A stretch of DNA of 64,000 bases, taken from the NCBI GenBank assembly GCA_964016885.1, contig OZ024743.1, positions 307,768,001 through 307,832,000 of the forward strand, given 5' to 3'. Within the stretch, counting starts at the first letter, position 1, and each line of letters starts with the position of its first letter. The position numbers and the translations under genes were made by a program. Source of the DNA: Eledone cirrhosa. Lineage: Eukaryota. Below the pieces are notes generated by a model that worked only from the letters and a program-made list of their open reading frames with translations, made no database searches and was not told where the DNA came from. Below, one piece after another: positions 56,601-64,000 of this stretch.

Positions 56601-59600
56601 CTACTTTACAGAGTGTACAGGGTATATTTTATTGAAACCAGCATTAACACTTACAGAATGTACTGGGTGGAAATAGCTAGCATTCTGGGTCCCTGGACTA
56701 CTCTACTTCCTGCAATTGAGAAGGATGTCAACTGGCTCTTTCAACATATCTTCCTTGCTATCCTCTGGAGTAATACATTCATCATTGTATCCACTAGAAT
56801 CAGGATTTAACAACAAAACTGATTTTGATTAAGTAATTGCTGATGAAAATTGTAAATGAAATTTGTTTTTAAGTATTATGATATTAATGTGGTCAGTTTC
56901 TCTGTTTATCTCCAGGAATTCACTATTGCTATTGGTGTTCAAGGGGCCACACTGAAACATAGAATGACACCATCAGAAGAGAGTTGGTTTTCTCAGGTAC
57001 AAAAATTAAAATATTTCTTTAGCTATAAGTAGATGATTCTTTTTAAATGCATTCATGTGATTATTTAGGTGAAGGTACATGGCTTTGTAGTAAAGGTGTT
57101 CTACTCATTATAAAGTACTGAGCTGGTTTCCAAGTTACATGTTATGTCTTTCTGCAAGACACTTTATTCCACATTGCATTGTTCACTAGCTGGAAAAGTG
57201 AATTGTACCTGTGTCATGCTGAATCTCCCCGAGAACTACATTAAGGGTACTCATGCTTGTGGAATGCTCAATGACTTACGCATTAATTTCATGAGTTGGC
57301 TGATCTGTTGATCAAAACAACTGGAATACTCATTGTTGGAACTGACAGATGTCTAAAAACAACAACATACAAGTTAAGAATATTTCAAATATATTTTCAA
57401 ATTGCAGCTTATTTTGTCTCTTTGGCCAAATAGTTCATTTTGCAATTGTAAGGTTTTGAGTTTTATCCCTCTGTGTGGCATCTTGAGCAAATGTCTTTTA
57501 TTTGGGTGCAACCTTGCCTTGTGAGTAAAATTGGGTAGACAAGAACTGCTTAGAAGCCTGACAGATGGACTGTACATGTTAGTCATAAATCCATCCTAGT
57601 CACATATTGTCTCAAACTTATGCAGTTTGGAAATTACATTAATTTAGCATTTACATTACTTTATATATACTATTGTATTTTCGCAGTAAAAGCTTTATCT
57701 CACATGATATTGTATCTATGCGATTTTGATATTATTTATTTTGAGAACAATACCTTAACATCAGTGTGAGTGGCCAGTTACGACCAGTTTGAACAGAAAG
57801 AAGTGAGAGAATTCTGGCCAGATACAGCTAGTTTAAATGTTAAAGGGTTAAGGGTATGTTTGTGGAAGACTCAGCCACTTGTTCATTAAATTCACAAGTT
57901 AGATGTGGTTCAGTTGATCAAAGCACTCAATACTTATTGTTGAAACCAACTAAGGATCCATCATTAATCAGAGTCTATATTTATAAGTATTTGTAGAGTG
58001 AGCTATATTTTCTATGTAGAGTTTTATTTTATATTGATGGTAAATCTGTATTTTTATTATAAATAGGCATTGGACTTTTTAAATGTTGCTGACTTTCCTG
58101 TAAATGGTTATGTTCAACCTAAGATCCTTACCCAGTTACATGTTCATCTATGGAACTGCGCAGTTGATTATAGGTTGGTATATCATATTTCTAGGTGGTG
58201 AATTGGCAGAATCGTTAAAATGTCAGATAGAATGCTTTGTGGTATATATTCTAGCTCTCTGCTCTCTGAGTTCAAATCCTGCCAAGGTCAACTTTGCCTT
58301 TCATTTTTTTGAAGTCAATAAAAAACGTACCAGTCAAGTACTGGTGTCGATTCTTACTCTATATCCTTTTCTCAGTTTCTCTCTCGCACTTTCTATCCTT
58401 CTCTGGAAGAAATCTGCTGTGTTCAGACTTGGAGAAGGATGGGCTACAGCAGGCTTAAAATGTTCAAGAGACGCTGTATACCACTATGGCACCCTACGAC
58501 TCCATCAGGAGTTACAGGACCAGGCCATATATATATTTTTGTATATTTACTATAAATAATTTACTTTTCTACCTACTGTTAATCCTTTTAACTCTTTTGT
58601 TACCATATTTCTAATGAAATACACTGCGAATGTCATTAACCCTTTTGTTACCATATTTCTAATGAAATACATTGCCAGTATCTTTAACCCTTTTGTTACC
58701 ATATTTCTGATAAAAGACACTGTCAATGTGATTAACCCTTTCATTACCATCATCACCATCATTTAACCTCCAATTTCCATGCTAACATGGGTTCGACTGG
58801 TTGTCCCATTTGAGGCAAGTTGGGTCAGGCAGGTGACCGTATCCTGCTCATACAGAATTGTTTCTGGCTAGATTTCTACAGCTGGATGCCCTTCCTAACG
58901 CCAACCACATTTTCAGTGTGTGCCGAGTGCTTTTTAACGTGACTCCTACACAACTTTACGGTGTGGGCTGGGTGCTTTTTGTTGTGACACCTACACGACC
59001 ACATTAGAGTGTGGGCTAGGTGCTTTTTTTTTCATGACTCTTACACAACCATTTTACAGTGTGGGTTGAGTGCTTTTTGTCGTGACACTTACACGACCAA
59101 TTTACAGTGTGGGCTGGGTGCTTTTTATTGTGACACCTACATGAACACTTTACCATATTTCTAATAAAAGGCACTGTCAATAATTTTTAAATGATTTTGA
59201 AAATAATCAGAAATTTTGAATGATTTAGTAATATAAGAAATGTTCTCATTATTAAGCTGGTGTTTGGAACATAACTTAACAAAGGTTCTTATATAACATT
59301 ATGATGCAAAGTTTTTCGATAATCATAAATACTTTAAAACAAACAGTTTTGTATCATAGAACCAAGGACAGTTTTGGGTGGTTTGGAACATAACTTAAAA
59401 AAGGTTCTTATATAACAGTTTTGCATTATAGAACCAGGTACAGTTCCAGAGATGTTTGGAACATTATTTAACAAAGGTTCTTATATAACAGTTTTGCATC
59501 ATAGAACCAGGGACAGTTCCAGGCGTTTGGTATAAAAAAATGTTTCTTCTTCATTATTTGCTAAGTGTTCGTGTTTTTATTGGTTTTTAATATTGCTTTT

Positions 59601-62600
59601 TGTTTAAATTCAGGCCTCTAAATCTACCAATGCACACTCTACTCCATACCAAGTGGCTTAGTTTGTCCAGTAATATTTTTGCTGAATCAATGTCAACTAT
59701 GCTCAGGTAAGTAGCTAAACTAGTTCATATTGAACAACTTTCTAATTATTGATATGTATATAAAACTGGCAATAGACCCAGGCCAGATATAAAATGTAGT
59801 TCAGGCCAGATGTAAAATGTAGCCCACTCCCAAACCAAGGCTGGCAATAGACCCAGGCCAGATGTAATATGTAGCCCTTTCCACTCCAAGGCCGGCAATA
59901 GACCCAGGCCAGATATAAAATGTAGCTCAGGCCATATGTAAAATGTAGCCCACCCATTTCAAATTGCCAGTATTTTAGTAATCAGTTGTTAAGGGCTAGG
60001 GGAACTGTTCCGCTAATCTTCTTAGTGTTGGTGATTTACACAATAAATACACTCAGTACACTCTGTAAAATGGTTGATGATAGGTAGGGCATCCAGTCAT
60101 AGAAAACTTACTAAACAAAGGGCTGGAAGGACTTTTCAGCTGTGTCAAAGACATGACAATTTCCCTAGTGCTGGTGTCACAATAAAATGCTTTTGGTAGT
60201 GTGTGTGATTGTATGCAAGTCACAGTCTGCCAGCCTATCTGAGCATTTGGTATGGGACAGGAACATAAGGCTCCTGGGCCAGTACCTTTTCTAACGACCC
60301 ATCCAGCCCTTGCCAGTTGGGAAAGCAGACATTAAACCTGATAATGATATCAAATATATATGATTTACATTTGGCTTGCAGTTATACACATTTACTGTGT
60401 GTATCCAGTTTGAAATAAATATACCATATAACTGCATGTTGTAAAAGAGGTGGCACCAGGAAGTGGGGGGTCCAACCGCAAAACATTGCCTCAAAAACGA
60501 CCTGATGATAGGTAATGAAGCTTGTTATGGAACCCTCAAGGTTAACCCCTGCTTTAGCATTTGTTAGAACATTGAATTATACAATCCAGCATTTGTTCCA
60601 GCTCTCTGCAGTGTGAGTTCAATTCCTGCCACAGTCAACTTTGCCTTTCATCTTTTCAGAGCCAGTAAAACAAATGCCGCTCCAGGGGTGGTAGATTGGC
60701 AAAATTGTTAAAGAATCAGACAAATTCCTTTATAGTATCTGATCCTATTCTCTGTGTTCTGAGTTCAAATCCTGCTTCCTCCTGCCAGTTGTGATCAGCA
60801 GATAGTATCAGAAATGAAAAGATTAATGGAAATAATTCCTTGTTTCAATCTGATGATTGGCCTCTTTCCTTTCTTTTTGTATGATGTTCAGGCCCATGCA
60901 TAGCTAGTAATACACCCAGGCCAGATGTGTGATGTACAGGCCCATGTATAGCTGGTAATATACCCAGGCTGAATGTGAAAAAACAGCAGGGAAGTATAAC
61001 AAAAACAGCAGGGAAGTGTCACAAAAACAGCAGGGATGTCTCAGAGAAAAAACAAGGTGTTACAGAAAAACAGCAAGGAAGTGTCACAGAAGGAACAGTT
61101 GGGAAGTGTCACAGAAAAAACAGCTGGGAAGTGTCACAGAAAAAAACAGCTGGGAAGTGTCAGAAAAAAACAGCAGGGAAGTGTCACAGAAAAAAACAGC
61201 AGGGTAGTGTCACAGAAAAAAACAGCAGGGTAGTGTCACAGAAAAACAGCTGGGAAATGTCACAGAAGGAACAGTTGCGAAGTGTCATAGAAAAATTCTG
61301 TTTTGTCTCACAGAAAAAAACAGCTGGGAAGTGTCACAGAAGGAACAGTTGCAAAGTGTCACAGAAAAACTCTGTTTTGTCTAATGTATTAATGGAGACA
61401 ATAATAATTATCTTAAATTCATTCTTCATTTATTTGTAGGTTTGAATTTGATCGTACTGGTTTGTTTATATCACAAAAGGCTGAAGAAAATATATCTTCT
61501 CTGAAAGGTAATAGAATGTTTATAAATGTCTGTTTAGTAAATTTATATTAATTCACTTACTCTGTATACTTGTATATAAGCCAAGAAATATGTGACAAAA
61601 AAATCGATGGTAAAATGGTGGTGTCGGAGTCTGTGTGCTTATATTTGAGGTCAATATTTTGCCGATTTTCAACAACTTCAAACATCTACACAAATGAGGT
61701 GCTAAAATATTTCTCTTTGGAGGTGAATATTACACATGTTTCACTTTGGAGGTGAATATTACACCAGTTTCACATTGGAGGTGAAGATTACACCAGTTTC
61801 ACATTGGAGGTGAATATTACACCGGTTTCACTTTGGAGGTGAATATTGCACTAGTTTCACTTTGGAGGTAAAAATTACACCAGTTTCACTTTGGCGGTGA
61901 ATATTACACGTTTCACTTTGGAGGTGAATATTACACATTTCTCTTTGGAGGTGAATAGTACACCTGATTCACTTTGGAGGTAAATATTACACCAGTTTCA
62001 CTTTTGACTTGAAATTCATATTTCATATTGTTTTTGATATGTTTTGAATGAATATCACCTTGAAAAAGTTTGGAAATTGGTAAAAAAATAATTACATAAT
62101 GGAGTTGTGTAACAAAAACTATATTTTAAATGACACTTAAAACATTTTAAACATCAAAATATTAAAATTTCATAAATATATTCTCCACTTGTGAATATTT
62201 TGAAACTGCTCCTCTAAACATAATATGTTGTTTACCTGCCTTGGCTTATAAATGGGGTTCGGATTTTTGCCTATTTCTCAGATATAAGATAGGAGATCGG
62301 CTTATATTCAGATTGGTTTATATTTGACTATATACAATAAGTTATTTCATTGGTTGGCTGCTAATAGGGGCTTTGAGAGAAAGTTTGCAAGGTAGAGCTA
62401 GACTGATTTTAGGTCTTGGTGGGGGTGGGCAGTTGTGATTAACCTTCAGGTGAAACTTATATTGCAAGTAATTTCCACTTTTTGATACAAAATAAACTGA
62501 GATGTGTATGTAGGTCATAGTGTTGAGGCTGAGATATATTGACATTTAGCATCCCCACCCTTGCTTCACCCACCCTCTTTCCTCATCCACACCCTTACTC

Positions 62601-63543
62601 TCTTAATATGATGTTGCCCACACATAAAGAGGAGTATATTAGCCCTGTATGAACCTACCAGTCTTGTGGCTCCTCTTCTCCCTCTCTTCCACTACTTCTT
62701 CCCCCACCCCCATCCTCACACTCAGCTGCCAATCACTGTCCTTTTAAGGCCACCTCTGTGACCTAGCACCTGTTCTCTTCTTTCTTCCTGGAGTGATGGT
62801 TTTATCTGTAAGTAACATGTACTCATCACTTCCTCTACTATGTTCCCATCTCTCAACCCCTCTCTCATCATTCCCTCTCCCATCAACCTCTCACCCATCA
62901 AACTCATTCCCTCTCCCAATCTGTCACTTCTTCCACCATGTTCTCATCTCTCCTTCACCCCATCCCTCACTCTCCCTGCCCAGTTGTGGATATCCCTTAG
63001 TCTTAATGTCATTCTGGAATGCACCCAGTGAATTCTGTAAAGTGGTCAGGCTGATGCCATAATAAAAAGCACTCAGCCTACTCTGTAAAGTAGTGCTTTT
63101 GGTAGGCATCAAACTTCTTAACCACACAGCCATGCCTTCAACTAATGTGTGTCCGATATCAAATATATATTATTGTATTGGCGGTGGATTGGCAGTATCA
63201 GTAGAGGGTCAGACACCATGCTTTACAGCATAGACTTATGCCCCTTTACAGTTTGAGTTCAAATCCCACTGAGGTTACCTTTGCCTTTCATCCTTACGGG
63301 GTCGATAAAATAAAGTACCAGTAATGCACTGGGTAACTGCTGGCCTTGTGCCAAAAATAGAAACAATTATTGTATTGTATGTTTATAATTCTTCATTTGT
63401 TTAGTGAATTATATTTTGTAGTTTACGTAGTGAATTATATTTTGTAGATTATGTGTGGTGAATTATATTTTGTAGATTATGTGTGTGTGGCAGACTGGGA
63501 CAGATTTGAACTGTCATTGCGGACAAATGGTGGAAAAGAAACT
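19825..63543 (+). CDS. ATG2: Autophagy-related protein 2 (ATG2A/B ortholog), 16 internal coding exons, partial at both ends
   Basis: Hand-spliced AG/GT exons join in frame (2133 nt, 711 codons). Peptides match remembered ATG2 motifs: EVDITIVDRINSLL, RFPIPDLRS, PWWKRNLRQE, FNWPR, PSPFSTKKFM, PGDKEELKEFQDK, FYELLYNRICNDLLLWEPTAP, DMLSIAVK, GATLKHR, LHVHLWNCAVDYRPLNLP, DYVCVAD. Confidence 0.95.
19985..20240. repeat. ~45-bp minisatellite just downstream of ATG2 exon a
   Basis: agagttgtttgatcaaccttagtagaggtttggtagtgaagttgt about 5 times. Confidence 0.9.
20482..20868 (-). mobile_element. Full-length tRNA-head/RTE-tail SINE nested in an older RTE 3' end
   Basis: GCACATGGCTTAGTGGTTAGAGCA...GTTCAATTC head; tail shared with the RTE at 36350-36563; (GAT)n end. 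Confidence 0.8.
22574..23021. mobile_element. piggyBac-like MITE
   Basis: TTAA-CCC...GGG-TTAA. Related copies or fragments near 12560-12990, 25720-26545, 28560-30520 and 58590-59530. Confidence 0.75.
23051..23239 (+). CDS. ATG2: ATG2 exon b (FSHRQ...DITIVDRINSLL...YTSF), 189 nt
   Basis: Acceptor aatcag, donor gtaagt; conserved ELxFELG..EVDITIVDRINSLL. Confidence 0.93.
23787..23875 (+). CDS. ATG2: ATG2 exon c (TTQALYEG...ILRVR), 89 nt
   Basis: Acceptor tttcag, donor AG|gtaaag; phase 2 joins exon d to give R-FPIPDLR. Confidence 0.9.
24040..24234. mobile_element. pogo/Tigger-like MITE
   Basis: Termini CTGTATATACTCGAATATAAGCC...TATATTCAAGTATATATGG-TA; longer relatives at 53697-54222 and 61558-62340. 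Confidence 0.65.
25846..26285 (+). mobile_element. 5'-truncated SINE with a fold-back inverted duplication
   Basis: 114-bp arms 25845-25958 / 25973-26086; TSD aatgtttc at 25838-25845 and 26286-26293. Confidence 0.85.
26620..27310 (-). mobile_element. 5'-truncated I-group LINE in a ~20-bp minisatellite
   Basis: Minus strand reads CWLRTGYIPFNYIL...SPLCSCGDSPETL..YLFQC..Y; (TAAA)n tail at ~26620; aatatgtaatgaaaggttt repeats on both sides. Confidence 0.65.
28669..30200 (-). mobile_element. Non-autonomous Helitron with PIF1 helicase remnant
   Basis: Minus strand runs A|TCTATATATTG...GGCCACTAG|T. 29280-28940 reads PHNIELKKGTVIMLLRNLDQP*LCNG...LQFSVRVSYAMTINKFQG...CFSHGQLFVGYSR. Confidence 0.8.
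30950..31220. repeat. ~60-bp tandem repeat of a piggyBac-like MITE terminal segment
   Basis: tatcaaaagggtttcataataaacaggtttgtgtcatagaaccaggg about 4 times. Confidence 0.75.
33094..33615 (+). mobile_element. Two tRNA-SINE copies (33094-33280, 33427-33615)
   Basis: Head, B-box and core present; the first copy has TSD attatatcataa. Confidence 0.85.
34630..36563 (+). mobile_element. 5'-truncated RTE LINE: RT, PHD-type finger and 3' tail, frameshifted
   Basis: KGKGDALDRGNYRGIKL, QFGFVPGRGTTDA, FVDLEKAFDRVP, GVHQGSVLS, LLYADDL, WPCSVCRKGVG..C..C..WVHKRC; (GAT)n tail. Confidence 0.92.
37559..37731 (+). CDS. ATG2: ATG2 exon d (FPIPDLRSEPQ...PWWKRNLRQE...HSLN), 173 nt
   Basis: Acceptor ttgcag, donor G|gtaagt; hallmark ATG2 peptide. 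Confidence 0.95.
37806..40586 (+). mobile_element. Degenerate Ty3/Gypsy LTR retrotransposon: 5' LTR, gag, protease, RT, RNase H; integrase and 3' LTR missing
   Basis: TGTTGTGG start; PBS TGGCGACGA at 38025-38033 (tRNA-Ser-GCU type); gag with CFGCGGLHFRYDC; LDTGSDITI; YLDD; YSQIEKEVLAIIFAVKKFH..TDHSPL; many stops and frameshifts. Confidence 0.9.
40587..41345. repeat. AT-rich 21-24 bp minisatellite abutting the ATG2 exon e acceptor
   Basis: aatttattttctaccaatcac(aat/aag) about 30 times; the same unit precedes the Gypsy at 37780-37805. Confidence 0.92.
41351..41447 (+). CDS. ATG2: ATG2 exon e (GSLEETPDSAP...FNWPR), 97 nt
   Basis: Acceptor tactag, donor CG|gtattt; phases 1/2 fit both neighbours. 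Confidence 0.9.
42329..42530 (+). CDS. ATG2: ATG2 exon f (MVITQ...PSPFSTKKFMY...SEE), 202 nt
   Basis: Acceptor ttgccag, donor GAG|gtagaa; PSPFS motif. Confidence 0.92.
42682..42889. mobile_element. Short piggyBac-like MITE (second family)
   Basis: TTAA-CCCTTTAGCATTTA...TAAATGCTAAAGGA-TTAA; inverted relative at ~57643-57850. Confidence 0.75.
43099..43241 (+). CDS. ATG2: ATG2 exon g (LILPGDKEELKEFQDK...FYELLYNR), 143 nt
   Basis: Acceptor ttgcag, donor AG|gttggt; conserved motif. Confidence 0.95.
43923..44563 (-). mobile_element. RTE LINE 3' end
   Basis: MKDNSCIKKCRAIKIDG..GRPRK; (GAT)n tail; close to the copy at 4041. Confidence 0.88.
44760..47392 (+). mobile_element. RTE LINE pseudo-copy: APE endonuclease, RT and PHD; 3' end missing
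   Basis: LRVTTLNVG..GRSGEIVEML, AGDFNGHVG, SQIDFLL, QHRLVV, RT motifs, WPCSICRKG..WVHKRC; contains stops. Confidence 0.9.
47535..50807 (+). mobile_element. Second RTE LINE pseudo-copy, near full length with 3' tail
   Basis: QETRWRG, ISAYAPQ, AGDLNGHVG, RT motifs, PHD remnant, (GAT)n tail at ~50795-50807. Confidence 0.9.
50889..51037 (+). CDS. ATG2: ATG2 exon h (ICNDLLLWEPTAP...EPRSS), 149 nt
   Basis: Acceptor tttttcag, donor A|gtaagt; NDLLLWEP motif. Confidence 0.94.
51683..51860 (+). mobile_element. tRNA-SINE, same family as 8002
   Basis: Flanking direct repeat attattagtgtaaagact. Confidence 0.8.
52776..52939 (+). CDS. ATG2: ATG2 exon i (MDSDSDSDES...SLVLNISK...TSQ), 164 nt
   Basis: Long polypyrimidine tract with ctccag acceptor, donor CAG|gtgagt; phases 1/0 fit. 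Confidence 0.92.
53098..53347. mobile_element. GC-rich 250-bp solo LTR
   Basis: TGT...ACA termini, exact 5-bp TSD GTCAC (53093-97 / 53348-52), interrupting an RTE-type tail. Confidence 0.75.
53517..53670 (+). CDS. ATG2: ATG2 exon j (ICQDVTDE...FICFQSNKIDLFHS), 154 nt
   Basis: Acceptor cttcag, donor C|gtaagt; open frame, phases fit. Confidence 0.9.
55490..55728 (+). CDS. ATG2: ATG2 exon k (PVESS...LPTIYKSD...DMLSIAVKVK...AMK), 239 nt
   Basis: Acceptor ttttcag, donor AAG|gtaaga. Confidence 0.93.
55865..56640. repeat. ~45-bp tandem repeat interrupted by a solo LTR
   Basis: ttttattgtgacaccagaattactactttacagagtgtacagggta units on both sides of the insert. Confidence 0.8.
56027..56570 (-). mobile_element. 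544-bp probable solo LTR
   Basis: TSD aggg(t); termini TTTAGCAG (probably mutated TGTAG)...CACTACA; CCAAT box and AATAAA on the minus strand. Confidence 0.65.
56916..56996 (+). CDS. ATG2: ATG2 exon l (EFTIAIGVQGATLKHR...SWFSQ), 81 nt
   Basis: Acceptor ctccag, donor CAG|gtacaa. Confidence 0.93.
58067..58173 (+). CDS. ATG2: ATG2 exon m (ALDFLNVADFPVNGY...HLWNCAVDYR), 107 nt
   Basis: Acceptor aaatag, donor AG|gttggt; conserved motif. Confidence 0.94.
59614..59706 (+). CDS. ATG2: ATG2 exon n (PLNLPMHTLL...LSSNI...MLR), 93 nt
   Basis: Acceptor attcag, donor AG|gtaagt. Confidence 0.93.
59765..59955. repeat. Irregular tandem repeat
   Basis: ggcaatagacccaggccagatataaaatgtagc units, 3 copies. Confidence 0.8.
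60976..61372. repeat. ~23-25 bp minisatellite
   Basis: aacagcWgggaagtgtcacagaaaaa about 15 times. Confidence 0.92.
61440..61507 (+). CDS. ATG2: ATG2 exon o (FEFDRTGLFISQK...SLK), 68 nt
   Basis: Acceptor ttgtag, donor G|gtaata; phases 2/1 fit. Confidence 0.88.
61558..62340. mobile_element. pogo/Tigger-like MITE with an internal ~29-bp minisatellite (61710-62005)
   Basis: Homologous to 53697-54222, where tttggaggtga..ttacacca.tttcac is present once; about 10 copies here. Confidence 0.75.
63181..63367 (+). mobile_element. tRNA-SINE about 110 nt upstream of ATG2 exon p
   Basis: TSD attattgtattg; head and core present. Confidence 0.85.
63476..63543 (+). CDS. ATG2: ATG2 exon p (DYVCVADWDRFELSLRTNGGKET), 68 nt
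   Basis: Acceptor ttttgtag (third of three tandem copies), donor ACT|gtaagt; DYVxVxD..ELxL motif. Confidence 0.9.
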
Positions 63544-64000
63544 GTAAGTAAACCAAGAGCATATTCATCAGTTGTTTTTTTCTCTAAAGCTTCTTGAGTA
63601 CATTTCATTACTATCATCATGATTGTTTAACATGTATTTTCCACTTGCATGGGTTAGACGGGTTATCATATTTATAAGACAAGTCAGGTCAGATGACCAT
63701 GTTTTGCTCATATGGATATGTTTATGGCTTGGTTTCTATGGCTGGATGCCCTTCCTAATGCCAACCTCCTTATAGTGTGAACTGGGTGCTTTTTCGTAGT
63801 GGTACCACCACAATCATCTACAGGTTGGACTGAGTGTCTTTTGTCATGTCATTAGCATAACCACATTACAAGATTGACTGGGTGTTTTTGTCATGTCACC
63901 AACATGACCACCTTACATGGTGAACTATGTGCTTTTTACAATATTTTTAATAAAAGATACTATCTTTGGTTTTCAAATAATTTTGAAAATAATCAAAAGG

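Noticed and set aside
60975-61439. Overlapping Lys-rich ORFs
   Set aside because: Stop-poor minisatellite open in several frames; it ends at the real exon o acceptor.

Overview
AT-rich, repeat-dense eukaryotic genomic DNA. The SINE, RTE-LINE and MITE repertoire suggests an octopod cephalopod (inference). The + strand carries 16 consecutive, phase-consistent internal coding exons (19825-63543; 2133 nt, 711 codons) of autophagy gene ATG2; both gene ends lie outside the window. On the - strand, apparently inside a >19.8 kb ATG2 intron, is a single-coding-exon 903-aa receptor gene (signal peptide, LRRs, LRRCT, S/T stalk, FN3-like domain, TM). Its tail has no TIR domain but carries YEEI, RPLPSPP and ITIM-like LNYATI motifs. 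The introns hold RTE LINEs with a PHD-type finger, a truncated Ty3/Gypsy element, two solo LTRs, a non-autonomous Helitron with PIF1 remnants, hAT/piggyBac/Tc1-pogo MITEs, tRNA-SINEs and minisatellites. Notable oddities are several long near-perfect palindromes and fold-back retroelements, a triplicated splice acceptor with stop-producing decoys, a branch-point-like minisatellite, and a degenerate Penelope-type hammerhead core. Family assignments come from remembered motifs, not database searches. No clearly new multi-gene system is demonstrable from the sequence alone.
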